Below, piece after piece: positions 40,205 to 49,272 of a DNA stretch of 49,549 nt (its first letter is position 1; each line of letters starts with the position of its first letter). The notes under the pieces are model-generated. The model was not told the DNA's origin, searched no databases, and saw nothing but the letters and a program-made list of their open reading frames with translations. This DNA comes from Gammaproteobacteria bacterium (lineage in GTDB: Bacteria; Pseudomonadota; Gammaproteobacteria; UBA6429; Thiohalophilaceae). The translations under genes were made by a program, and so were the position numbers. Location of the stretch: contig JAWOIE010000094.1 in assembly GCA_046484825.1 (NCBI GenBank), forward strand, positions 1 to 49,549, written 5' to 3'.

Positions 40205-40675
40205 ATGAATCATCAACGTCGTACCCTCTTGAAGGCCTCCATGGCTACCGGCGCTGTCGCCGTGGCTGTTGGTGCCGGTCTGCTCACCCCCCAGGCTGTG
40301 CTGGCGGCATGGCCAACCGAGGCCTTTCAGGCCAAGGAAATGGATGATGCCCTCACGGCCCTGTGGAAGAACAACCAGATTACACCCAGCAAGGATATTG
40401 AACTGGAGGCCCCCGATATCGCTGAAAACGGCGCGGTCGTCTCGGTCGCCGTCAAGACCAGCATCCCCAATGCCGAACAGATTTCGATTTTTGTACCGGA
40501 AAATGTCAGCGCCCTGACTGCCAGTTATATTCTCACTGCGGAAACAGAAGGCCTGATTACCAGCCGTATCAAAATGCGCAAGTCGTCTGATGTCATTGCC
40601 GTCGTCAAGGCCGGCGACAAACTCTACATGACGAAAAAACCCATCAAGGTCACCCTGGGTGGCTGTGGCGGTTAA
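40205..40675 (+). CDS. soxY: Thiosulfate-oxidation carrier protein SoxY
   Basis: 156 aa. Twin-arginine signal (NHQRRTLLKAS) and the invariant C-terminal GGCGG. Confidence 0.9.
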   Translation: MNHQRRTLLKASMATGAVAVAVGAGLLTPQAVLAAWPTEAFQAKEMDDALTALWKNNQITPSKDIELEAPDIAENGAVVSVAVKTSIPNAEQISIFVPENVSALTASYILTAETEGLITSRIKMRKSSDVIAVVKAGDKLYMTKKPIKVTLGGCGG

Positions 40676-40716
40676 TCCGGCGACAACAAAGCGATATAGC
40701 GGAGGTTTAAAATATT

Positions 40717-41034
40717 ATGGCTAAGAAACAGATGAAAATTCGCGCCTGGACCAGCGGCTCTACTGCCAACGTCAAGGCTATTATTTTTCACCCCATGGAG
40801 ACCGGTCTGCGCAAAGACAAGGCCAGTGGTAAAGTCATCCCGGCACAGTACATCAAAGAAGTGGAGTGCACGCACAACGGCAAGTCGGTACTCACCTGCC
40901 TGTGGGGACCGGGAGTTTCCAAGAACCCTTTCTTGTCATTTAATTTCAAGAATGCCAAGGCAGGCGACACACTGGAAATTAAATGGGTGGATAATCTGGG
41001 TGATACCGATACTGCACAGGCCAAGATCGGCTAA
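40717..41034 (+). CDS. soxZ: Thiosulfate-oxidation carrier complex protein SoxZ
   Basis: 105 aa. Contains IFHPMETGLRKDKASGKVIPAQYIKEVEC. Lies directly downstream of soxY. Confidence 0.9.
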   Translation: MAKKQMKIRAWTSGSTANVKAIIFHPMETGLRKDKASGKVIPAQYIKEVECTHNGKSVLTCLWGPGVSKNPFLSFNFKNAKAGDTLEIKWVDNLGDTDTAQAKIG

Positions 41035-41054
41035 GCTAACATCCGCCCCATACA

Positions 41055-41088
41055 AAGGCGTTACCGAACTTCGGTGACGCCTTTTTTT
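41055..41088 (+). terminator. Rho-independent terminator after soxZ
   Basis: AAGGCGTTACCGA-ACT-TCGGTGACGCCTT followed by TTTTTT. Confidence 0.85.
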
Positions 41089-41117
41089 CGCACATCGTAT
41101 AGTGACTATTTTGCTAT

Positions 41118-41143
41118 AAAAAAACGGGCGCAGTTGCGCCCGT
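41118..41143 (-). terminator. Rho-independent terminator after the DsrE-like gene
   Basis: The minus strand reads ACGGGCGC-AACT-GCGCCCGT followed by TTTTTTT. Confidence 0.85.
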
Positions 41144-41168
41144 TCTCTAACCTGTTTACGTTAAGCGC

Positions 41169-41636
41169 TTAGGGCTTGACGTACAGGTAACCCTTTTGCT
41201 GCAGGTGGGCAACGTGCGCTACACCAGAGGGAACGATCTCGGCATGCTCATTGATTTTATTTTTGTCAATTTTCTTGCCACGAATGGTATTGGCGCAGAT
41301 CTGGAACTTGACGCCACGATTGGCCAGAGCGGCAATGTCATCGTTGAAGTTATAGACCTTGCCGGACTTTTTGTCTTTTTTGCCCATCGCACCATCGACC
41401 ATAGCAAAGGCACCACCACCGTGAGTGACAACAATAATTTCAACATTTTTATCGCCCAGGGCGTTCAGGTGGTTTTTGACGTTACGCAGCGCACCGCCAG
41501 CGGTGTGGACATTGTTGATGTGGTAGACCACCTTCTGCTTGTCATAGCCGTTATCGGCCGTGCCTGCCTGCGCGTTGAATGCCAGACCCAGCAGGGCGGC
41601 CATTGCGACTAATGCCATCTTGTTTGACTTCATCAT
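41169..41636 (-). CDS. DsrE/DsrF-like (COG1416-type) protein with N-terminal signal peptide
   Basis: 155 aa. Signal peptide MALVAMAALLGLAFNAQAG. Body reads KVVYHINN...ALRNVKNHL...VEIIVVTHGGG...VKFQICANT...VPSGVAHVAHLQQKGYLYVKP. RBS GGAGGAG. Confidence 0.75.
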   Translation of the reverse strand: MMKSNKMALVAMAALLGLAFNAQAGTADNGYDKQKVVYHINNVHTAGGALRNVKNHLNALGDKNVEIIVVTHGGGAFAMVDGAMGKKDKKSGKVYNFNDDIAALANRGVKFQICANTIRGKKIDKNKINEHAEIVPSGVAHVAHLQQKGYLYVKP

Positions 41637-41669
41637 TTTACTCCTCCAGATTTACAGCTCGTTATAATG

Positions 41670-41685
41670 TGCGATTGCACTGCCA
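41670..41685 (-). promoter_or_regulatory. Sigma-54 (-24/-12) type promoter upstream of the DsrE-like gene
   Basis: The minus strand reads TGGCAG-TGCAA-TCGCA with canonical GG-N10-GC spacing. About 35 nt before the start codon. Confidence 0.6.
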
Positions 41686-41843
41686 TTGTTAGAGCAAGGA
41701 TCATTCCAGCTCAACAAATTCTTAATTACCATAACTTTCTTAATATTTTTCAATTACTTACCATAGACTCTATATCGGTATCCGTGGCTGTCGTCGCCAT
41801 GTTTATGCAAACTGCAACCCTTTATACATTAGCAAAATGTAAT

Positions 41844-43214
41844 TTACACCGTTTCGGACTGGTCTTCATAACGGCGTAGTTTGCGCCACAGGGTAGTCTT
41901 ATCGATACCGAGCAATTTTGCCGCCTGGGTCTTTTTGCCTCGGCAACAACGCAACACATGACTGATGTATTCCTGCTCAAGCCTTTCCAGTGGCATAAAT
42001 TCATCATCGGAAAACTGGATGGGCAGCTCCAACGAGCCGGCAGTGTCAGTAAAAAGCGCATCCCAGCGCAACACCGGCCCATCGGCAAGAATAACACTAC
42101 GCTCGATAGTATTGCGCAATTCACGCACATTGCCCGGCCAGGGGGCTTCGCACAGGCGCCTTAAGGAGACGGCATCAAAGCCCTGCACGCGCCGGCCGTA
42201 TTGTTCGGAAAATTCCTGCACATAGTGGTCCACCAGTGCGGGGATATCCTCCCGATGCTCTGCCAGCGATGGCACACGTATGGTCACTACGTTTAAACGA
42301 TGATAGAAGTCGTGCCGGAATTTTTTTTCCTCGACCAGGCCTTCCAGATCCTGATTACTGGCGACCAGGATGCGCACATCAATAGGGATAGGGATGGTGC
42401 CACCGACACGGGTGATCGTCCTGCTTTCAATAGCCCGCATCAGTTTTGTCTGCATCATGTCGGAAATATTACAGATCTCATCGAGAAACAAGGTGCCGCC
42501 ATCGGCCTGCTCCATCAGGCCATATTTACGCTGTGTCGCACCGGTAAAGGCGCCTTTCTCATGCCCAAACAATTCACTCTCTAATAACGTGTCACTTAGC
42601 GCACCACAGTCGATCGCAACAAATGGTGCGTCCTTGCGTGGACTATAGTCATGCAACGCGCGCGCTACCAGTTCCTTACCTGTGCCTGAATCACCGCTAA
42701 TGATAGCACTGCAACTGACCTCGGCAAGTTTTTCAATGGTGTTGAACAGTGTCTTCATCACCGGGGTGTCACCGATCATGCCAAAGCGATTACGCCGGAC
42801 ACCGATGCGTTTTTTAAGGAGACGATTCTCATTTTTCAGCTGTACAGCCTTCATGGTGCGATCCAGACGCAATTTTAACTCTTCAAAGTCAAAAGGCTTT
42901 TTGATGAAGTCGGTAGCACCACGGCGCATGGCCTCAACGGCATTTTCCACAGAAGAATATCCGGTCATTACCAGCACGGGCACGTCCTGGTCCAGTTCAC
43001 GGATGTTGCTCAGAAAATCAAAACCATTCATGCCTGGCATACGCAGGTCCGTCACCAGGACATCCGCGCCCTGGGTCTGGAAGACATTGAGGCAGGTCTC
43101 CGCATCCTGAAAGACTTCACAGGCATAGCGGGCGTGGTCACAGTTGCGCTTCATGATCTTCCCGGTCACCTGGTCGTCATCGACAAACATAATGCGAATA
43201 GGTTTAGCCAACAT
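41844..43214 (-). CDS. Sigma-54-dependent response regulator (NtrC family: REC + AAA+ + Fis-type HTH)
   Basis: The ATG at 43214 is preceded by GGAGG. Contains IMFVDDD...DLRMPGMNG, Walker A GDSGTGKE, GAFTGA (EKGAFTGA), and the C-terminal HTH KAAKLLGIDKTTLWRKL. Confidence 0.9.
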   Translation of the reverse strand: MLAKPIRIMFVDDDQVTGKIMKRNCDHARYACEVFQDAETCLNVFQTQGADVLVTDLRMPGMNGFDFLSNIRELDQDVPVLVMTGYSSVENAVEAMRRGATDFIKKPFDFEELKLRLDRTMKAVQLKNENRLLKKRIGVRRNRFGMIGDTPVMKTLFNTIEKLAEVSCSAIISGDSGTGKELVARALHDYSPRKDAPFVAIDCGALSDTLLESELFGHEKGAFTGATQRKYGLMEQADGGTLFLDEICNISDMMQTKLMRAIESRTITRVGGTIPIPIDVRILVASNQDLEGLVEEKKFRHDFYHRLNVVTIRVPSLAEHREDIPALVDHYVQEFSEQYGRRVQGFDAVSLRRLCEAPWPGNVRELRNTIERSVILADGPVLRWDALFTDTAGSLELPIQFSDDEFMPLERLEQEYISHVLRCCRGKKTQAAKLLGIDKTTLWRKLRRYEDQSETV

Positions 43215-45189
43215 TTGCAACCTCCATGGGCTCAACCACAGAATCATTCAGCGCCTTATTGGCCGGCAATAAGATACTGACACAGGCGCCATTACCGGAT
43301 TCATTATTTCTCAGCTGTATTGCCCCACCATGATGTTTGACAATACCGTAACTCACAGAAAGTCCCAGACCGGTACCCTTGCCCTCTTCCTTGGTGGTAA
43401 AGAAGGGATCAAATATCCTGCAAAGGTACTCCTCGGCGATACCACTGCCGCCATCACGGATTTCGATACAAATATCCTGCCGCTCATGGGTAAAGAACGC
43501 ATTGAGGAGGATACTGCCGCCTTCCCTGGAAGCCTGCATGGCGTTGAGCAGAATATTGACCAGCACCTGTTGCAGGAGTTTGTCATCACCATACATCAGC
43601 AGATCTGCCTCAATATGTTTCTTGAGCTGGATGTTTTGCATTTCAAATCGATGATGTAATAAGGACAGCGTTTCATCGATCAGCTCGCTCATATCAAACT
43701 GCCGATACTCCGGCGGGGTCTCGCGGGCAAAGCTTAAAATGCCCTGCACAATCGTGGCGCAGCGTTTGCCCTCTTTCTTGAGCAGACGAATATCGCTCAA
43801 CAGTTCCGGGTCATTGTCTTTAAGCGAATCCTCGATCAGGGATGCCAGTGACATCATATTCATTAGCGGATTATTTATTTCATGGCCGATGCCTGCCGCC
43901 ATCTGACCCACCGAGGCCAGGCGCTCGGACTGGCGCGCGGCCTTCTCGGCCTTGTCGCGTTCCGCCTTGGCCCGTTCCAGGCTATCAGTCAGATAATTGT
44001 ACGCCCGGCCAGCCTGGCCTATTTCATCACGACGATTTTCCTCATAACGCACACCACGTTCGCCATCCGCATAGCGCCGGATAATGTCCGCCAGCTCATA
44101 GACGGGACGGGTTAATTGATAGGCCGCCCAGACCGCCAGCAACAGGCTGACGACCAACAATACCGCCATCAACCACCAGATGGACTGCCGCATGGTATTG
44201 ATGGGGGCAAAGATCACATCCGATTCGGTTTCGACCACCAGTAGCCAGCGTGTCGCCCGGTCATCAAAAGGGGCGATCTTGTGGTAAAACAACATCCGGC
44301 CATCCTCGCGGAAAATGGAGCCGGTCTTCTCGGCTCCGGCAACCTGCTGCCATTCGGTGGGCGTGAGCTCGGCCGAGAGACGATACTCCGAGCGCATCTG
44401 GTCGGCAAAGCGCTTGGCGGTATCCGCGTGATACAGGTAGATACCATCACGCGGCGTGTCGGGATTGAGTTCCACAATATAGGCATTCCGGGGAAAACCG
44501 CGCAGAGAGGATTCCATAGTGGCATCCATGCGTGAGCCCCACATGTTGACGACCAGAAAGCCCTCGGGTTGATCTACCTCATCCTTGAGCCTGATGGTGT
44601 AGCGAATCATTGAGGGACAGAACTCGAGACCCGGCACGACCTGACCCAGTTCAAAATCGGACAGGGTCACATCGGCCAGACTGGTCATGGCCGATTTAAA
44701 AAAACTCTTGTTGGATTGATCGGCAATAAACAGCCTTGGCACCTGTGGATCTTCGAGTTTGGGCTCAATGGGTTTACCCTCTTTGACTTTCACGAGGGTC
44801 TTGCCGTCCGGGCCGATAAAGCGCAAGGCCTGGATACTGTTAACGGCAAGCTGATAGTTGAGAAAAAACGCCTCCAGGTCGTCGGCCCGCTGCTTGTATT
44901 CGGCATTGCTGACCTCGCCGCTGGCATGCCCCCGGATCGCCAGGGCAAACTGTCTGACCGCTGGGACCTGGGCGAGACCCGCCGCGATCGACTTCTGATT
45001 TTTCAGGATTAGGATGAGCTCATCGGCGATTTTATCCAGGCTACCGTGCAATTCTTGCGCGGTGCGATCACGGACTTCCTGTTCCATGCGATCCACAACA
45101 CCAAAGAGCAGAATCAGTAATGGAATTACTGTCAGCAGACTCAATGAGATAAAAAATTTATGCCGAAGTTGCACTCTGCTACACACCAC
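43204..45189 (-). CDS. Sensor histidine kinase with a large periplasmic (Cache-like) domain, HAMP, HisKA and HATPase
   Basis: 661 aa with two transmembrane helices flanking a ~300-aa extracytoplasmic domain. H-box MAAGIGHEINNPL, plus N/G boxes. GTG start is uncertain. Overlaps the regulator start by 11 nt. Confidence 0.9.
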   Translation of the reverse strand: MVCSRVQLRHKFFISLSLLTVIPLLILLFGVVDRMEQEVRDRTAQELHGSLDKIADELILILKNQKSIAAGLAQVPAVRQFALAIRGHASGEVSNAEYKQRADDLEAFFLNYQLAVNSIQALRFIGPDGKTLVKVKEGKPIEPKLEDPQVPRLFIADQSNKSFFKSAMTSLADVTLSDFELGQVVPGLEFCPSMIRYTIRLKDEVDQPEGFLVVNMWGSRMDATMESSLRGFPRNAYIVELNPDTPRDGIYLYHADTAKRFADQMRSEYRLSAELTPTEWQQVAGAEKTGSIFREDGRMLFYHKIAPFDDRATRWLLVVETESDVIFAPINTMRQSIWWLMAVLLVVSLLLAVWAAYQLTRPVYELADIIRRYADGERGVRYEENRRDEIGQAGRAYNYLTDSLERAKAERDKAEKAARQSERLASVGQMAAGIGHEINNPLMNMMSLASLIEDSLKDNDPELLSDIRLLKKEGKRCATIVQGILSFARETPPEYRQFDMSELIDETLSLLHHRFEMQNIQLKKHIEADLLMYGDDKLLQQVLVNILLNAMQASREGGSILLNAFFTHERQDICIEIRDGGSGIAEEYLCRIFDPFFTTKEEGKGTGLGLSVSYGIVKHHGGAIQLRNNESGNGACVSILLPANKALNDSVVEPMEVANVG

Positions 45190-45305
45190 CCGTATAAGTT
45201 GCAGATTGCAGACTAGCAGAGTAATTCTGGAGGGTCTATATCCGGAGAATATATAAGTATTTTATTATATTATAATTGCAAAATGCATATTTAGTGCAAA
45301 GTGAA

Positions 45306-45626
45306 TTATTTTTGTCGTTGGGCGAGCAGGTGTTGCAGTTCATTACGATAGACAAAGCCGGGCAAGGCAAAAACCAGGAACAGGCACAGGGTCGTCACAT
45401 AAAACTCCCAGTCCTGGCTGTGAATTTCACCGGTCGCCCGTGTCTCCAGCCCCAGCGCCAGCAAACCGACCAGGAAGTAGTAGACGAACCATTCCATCCA
45501 GCGGATGAGGTTGCGCTTCCCCTGTATGGGCGTCGGCAGGAAAACAAAGACCTTTTCGCTTAACCAGGGCAGATTGGCGGCTGCCAGGGCCAGAAGTACC
45601 AGCAATAGGACGGATATACTGAGCAT
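45306..45626 (-). CDS. DUF2818 family small membrane protein (commonly follows nuoN)
   Basis: 106 aa with 3 transmembrane helices. Lies 21 nt downstream of nuoN. Confidence 0.65.
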   Translation of the reverse strand: MLSISVLLLVLLALAAANLPWLSEKVFVFLPTPIQGKRNLIRWMEWFVYYFLVGLLALGLETRATGEIHSQDWEFYVTTLCLFLVFALPGFVYRNELQHLLAQRQK

Positions 45627-45647
45627 TATGATATGGTGTGTCGTTGA

Positions 45648-47090
45648 TTAGGGAGTGATGATGGTAGCGACACAGAACGCCATTAGCAAGCCGGGATAGA
45701 GCCCCAGACCCAATACCAGCAGCCCATTTGCGCTCAGGACCACCCGCATGTCATTACTCGCCACCAGTGCAGAGGCATCTTCTGCCTTATCGAAGTACAT
45801 CATTTTGATCACCCGCAGGTAGTAGAAGGCACCGATAATGGAAAAGACCACCGCGGTAATCGCCAGCCATATCAACCCGGTGCTGGCGACGAGAGCCTTC
45901 AGGACCGCCAGTTTGGCCCAGAAACCGAGAAAGGGTGGCACGCCGGCCATGGAAAACATCAGAATGAGCATAATAAAGGCAAACCACGGGCTACGCTCGT
46001 TGAGTCCCTTGAAATCCACCAGACGCTCTGCCTCAAAGCCCTGGCGTCCCATGAGGATAATCATGCCGAAGGCACCCAACGACATGAGCACATAGACCAG
46101 TACATAAAACAGGGATGCCGCATAGCCCGCTGCGGTCCCGGTGAGTACGCCGAGGAGGAGAAAACCCACGTGGGAAATCGCCGAATAGGCCAGCATGCGT
46201 TTGAGATTGTCCTGGGCGATGGCAATGATGTTCCCCAGGGCCATGGAGGCAATGGCCAGCAGGATCAGGATGTCCTGCCACTGTTCCTGCAGGGAGCCCA
46301 TACCATCGACAAGCAGGCGCATTAACATGGCAAAGGCCGCCAGCTTGGGGGCTGCCGCCAGGTATAGAGTCACCGCAGTGGGGGCGCCATGATAGACATC
46401 GGGCACCCACATGTGAAAGGGTACCGCCCCCAGCTTGAAGGCCACACCAACAATCAGAAAGACCATACCAAAGGAGAGCAGAATCTTGTCCTGCACGTTG
46501 GGGAGACGTTCGTTGATGAGCGCCAGGTCCAGCGTCCCGGTGACGCCGTAGAGAATGGACATGCCATAGAGCAACATACCCGAGGCGATGGCGCCGAGGA
46601 CAAAATACTTCATGGCGGCCTCGGAGGCCTGTGCCGAATCTCGTTGCAAGGCCACCATGGCGTACATACACAAGGAGAGCAGTTCCAGACCAAGGTAGAT
46701 GGTCAGGAAATTCTGTGCTGATACCAGGATCATCATACCCAGCACACCAAAGAGGCCGAGTATATAAAATTCACCCTTGAACATGCCATGATCGCGCAAA
46801 TAATCCTTGGCATACAGAAAGGTAACCATGCCGGCAATAACAATACCCATTTTCAGGACGTCCGCCAGGGGATCGCGCACAAAGGTGTCACTAAAGGTCA
46901 TGATGCGGCTATCGGAAAAGCTCACGGCAATCAGGACAAAGACACCCAGCAGGCTGGCCATGGCAAGAATATAGGTGGCGCCACGAGAACGATCGCTGAG
47001 AAAAAGATCTACCAGCAGGACCACGCAGGCCATGGTCAATAAAAATATCTCCGGCAACGCGGGAAGAAAATTCGGCAGTGGAAAGTTCAT
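45648..47090 (-). CDS. nuoN: NADH-quinone oxidoreductase subunit N
   Basis: 480 aa, antiporter-like polytopic protein. Contains [12 protein letters not shown] and [15 protein letters not shown]. Correct operon position. Confidence 0.95.
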   Translation of the reverse strand: MNFPLPNFLPALPEIFLLTMACVVLLVDLFLSDRSRGATYILAMASLLGVFVLIAVSFSDSRIMTFSDTFVRDPLADVLKMGIVIAGMVTFLYAKDYLRDHGMFKGEFYILGLFGVLGMMILVSAQNFLTIYLGLELLSLCMYAMVALQRDSAQASEAAMKYFVLGAIASGMLLYGMSILYGVTGTLDLALINERLPNVQDKILLSFGMVFLIVGVAFKLGAVPFHMWVPDVYHGAPTAVTLYLAAAPKLAAFAMLMRLLVDGMGSLQEQWQDILILLAIASMALGNIIAIAQDNLKRMLAYSAISHVGFLLLGVLTGTAAGYAASLFYVLVYVLMSLGAFGMIILMGRQGFEAERLVDFKGLNERSPWFAFIMLILMFSMAGVPPFLGFWAKLAVLKALVASTGLIWLAITAVVFSIIGAFYYLRVIKMMYFDKAEDASALVASNDMRVVLSANGLLVLGLGLYPGLLMAFCVATIITP

Positions 47091-47106
47091 GCGCTTTACC
47101 GTCCCC

Positions 47107-48627
47107 TTACTTCAGTTTTGTCGTTGTGACGTGCTGTACCAGATTGCTAACACTGGCATCCATGACTTCGAGTAATGGCGCAGGATACAAACCAAAGAAC
47201 AACACGGTAATGGCGAGAATCCCTAAAAAGAAAAACTCGCGGCGATTGATATCTTTCAGGGCCTTGACTGCTTCACTGGTAACCTCACCAAAAATGACTC
47301 GCTTCACCATCCACAGGGTGTAGGCCGCACCCAGAATCAGGGTAGTCGCCGCCAGGAAGGCAATCCAGAAATTGGCCTTAAAGGCTGACAGGATAACCAT
47401 GAACTCACCAACGAAGCCCGAGGTCCCCGGCAGGCCGGCATTGGCCATGGCAAAGAACACCATAAAAGCGGCAAAGGTCGGCATGGTGTTGACCACGCCA
47501 CCATAGTCTTTGATCATACGCGAATGCATCCGGTCATACATGACCCCGACACAAAGAAACATTGCGGCAGAGATAAAGCCATGGGAGATCATCTGCACCA
47601 TGGCGCCTTCAATGCCCATAACCGCACCATTATAAGAGCCTGTATTGCCGGCAATAGCCCAGATAATAAAAAAGCCCAGAGTCACGAAACCCATGTGTGA
47701 AATAGAAGAATAGGCGATCAGCTTCTTCATATCCTGCTGCACCAGCGCCACAAAACCAATATAGACCACGGCAATGAGCGACAGGCTAATCATCAAGGTA
47801 TCAAAGGCATGACTGGCATCCGGGGTGATCGGCAGGGAAAAGCGCAGAAAACCATAGGCCCCCAGTTTCAGCATGATCGCCGCCAGGATCACCGACCCCC
47901 CGGTGGGTGCCTCGACGTGGGCATCCGGCAACCAGGTGTGGACCGGCCACATGGGGATCTTCACCGCAAAGGCGACCAGGAAGGCCAGAAAGATAAGTTT
48001 TTGCACATCGAGATCGATGGGGAGCTTATGAAACTCGAGAATAGAAAAACTGCCCGTTTGAAAAAACAGGTAGAGCAAGGCGATCAGCATGAACACCGAG
48101 CCGAAAAAGGTGTACAGGAAAAACTTGATGGTGGCGTAGACGCGGCGTGGCCCACCCCAGACCCCAATGACAATAAACATGGGGATCAGCAGGGCTTCCC
48201 AAAAGACATAGAAGAGCGCGGCATCAAGTGCGGCAAAGACGCCATTCATAAGCCCTTCCATGATCAGGAAGGCCGCCATATATTGCGCTGCCTTGAACTG
48301 GATCACTTCCCAGGCCGCAATAATCACCAGCACCGAGACAAAGGTCGTCAACAATATCAGGGGCATGGAAATACCATCTACCCCCAGGTGGTAATTCACA
48401 TTAAAGGGTTCGATCCAGGGCAGCAGTTCGACAAACTGCATATTGGCCGTATCCATCTGAAAATGGGTATACAGTGGGATCGATAACAGGAAGGTCACCA
48501 CCGCCACAACCAACGACAGCATGCGGGCCTCAGGTGCATTTTTATCCCCGCCCGTTGCCAAGACCAACAGGCCACCGAGTATGGGCACCCAAATAACTAA
48601 ACTAAGTAATGGCCAATCAGCAAACAT
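47107..48627 (-). CDS. nuoM: NADH-quinone oxidoreductase subunit M
   Basis: 506 aa. Contains [39 protein letters not shown] and [11 protein letters not shown]. Confidence 0.95.
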   Translation of the reverse strand: MFADWPLLSLVIWVPILGGLLVLATGGDKNAPEARMLSLVVAVVTFLLSIPLYTHFQMDTANMQFVELLPWIEPFNVNYHLGVDGISMPLILLTTFVSVLVIIAAWEVIQFKAAQYMAAFLIMEGLMNGVFAALDAALFYVFWEALLIPMFIVIGVWGGPRRVYATIKFFLYTFFGSVFMLIALLYLFFQTGSFSILEFHKLPIDLDVQKLIFLAFLVAFAVKIPMWPVHTWLPDAHVEAPTGGSVILAAIMLKLGAYGFLRFSLPITPDASHAFDTLMISLSLIAVVYIGFVALVQQDMKKLIAYSSISHMGFVTLGFFIIWAIAGNTGSYNGAVMGIEGAMVQMISHGFISAAMFLCVGVMYDRMHSRMIKDYGGVVNTMPTFAAFMVFFAMANAGLPGTSGFVGEFMVILSAFKANFWIAFLAATTLILGAAYTLWMVKRVIFGEVTSEAVKALKDINRREFFFLGILAITVLFFGLYPAPLLEVMDASVSNLVQHVTTTKLK

Positions 48628-48648
48628 CTATTCCAACCCTTTTTATTC

Positions 48649-49272
48649 TTATATCCAGCCCAGGACATAGGAGGCAAGTAAAAACATCAAACCCAGAATC
48701 ATCGCAAAGGCGTAATGATACAAATAACCGGTCTGCACCCTACGCAACACGCCGGAGCACCAGCCAACGGTCTTTGCTGAGCCATTGATGATCATGCCAT
48801 CAATCAATTTTGTGTCGCCGGCCTGCCATAACACACGGCCAATACCACGACTACCACCGGCAAAAAATATTTCATTAAAGCGGTCTGCGTAATACTTGTT
48901 ATCCAGCACAGTATGGATAAGCTTGAATTTTTTCTCGAACCAGGCAGGAATGTCTGGCCGTTTCATATAAAGGAAGTACGCCGTCAAAACACCGGTAGCG
49001 GCCAACCAGAATGGTGCTGTAACAAAGCCATGGGTGATCATTCCCCAAACGCCATGATAATCCTTAGCAAGCTTAGCCAGGACATCATGTTGCGGCAGGA
49101 CATAAATGGCATCACCAAAGAATTTTCCAAAGGCCATGGAATCAACATAGAAGGCACCGATAACGACGGACGGAATGGCCAGCAATATTAATGGCAAGGT
49201 GACCACCCAGGGTGTCTCATGCAAATGGGAACGTGTATGCTCATCCATGCGTTCCTTACCATGGAAGACCAT
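48649..49272 (-). pseudogene. nuoL: C-terminal ~207 codons of NADH-quinone oxidoreductase subunit L; the N-terminal two-thirds are missing
   Basis: From MVFHGKERMDEHTRSHLHETPWVVTLPLILLAIPS to the stop the ORF reads as the NuoL C-terminus, in operon order with nuoM and nuoN. The 64 codons upstream in the same ORF (49273-49464) are Ala/Arg-rich and not NuoL-like. Confidence 0.8.
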
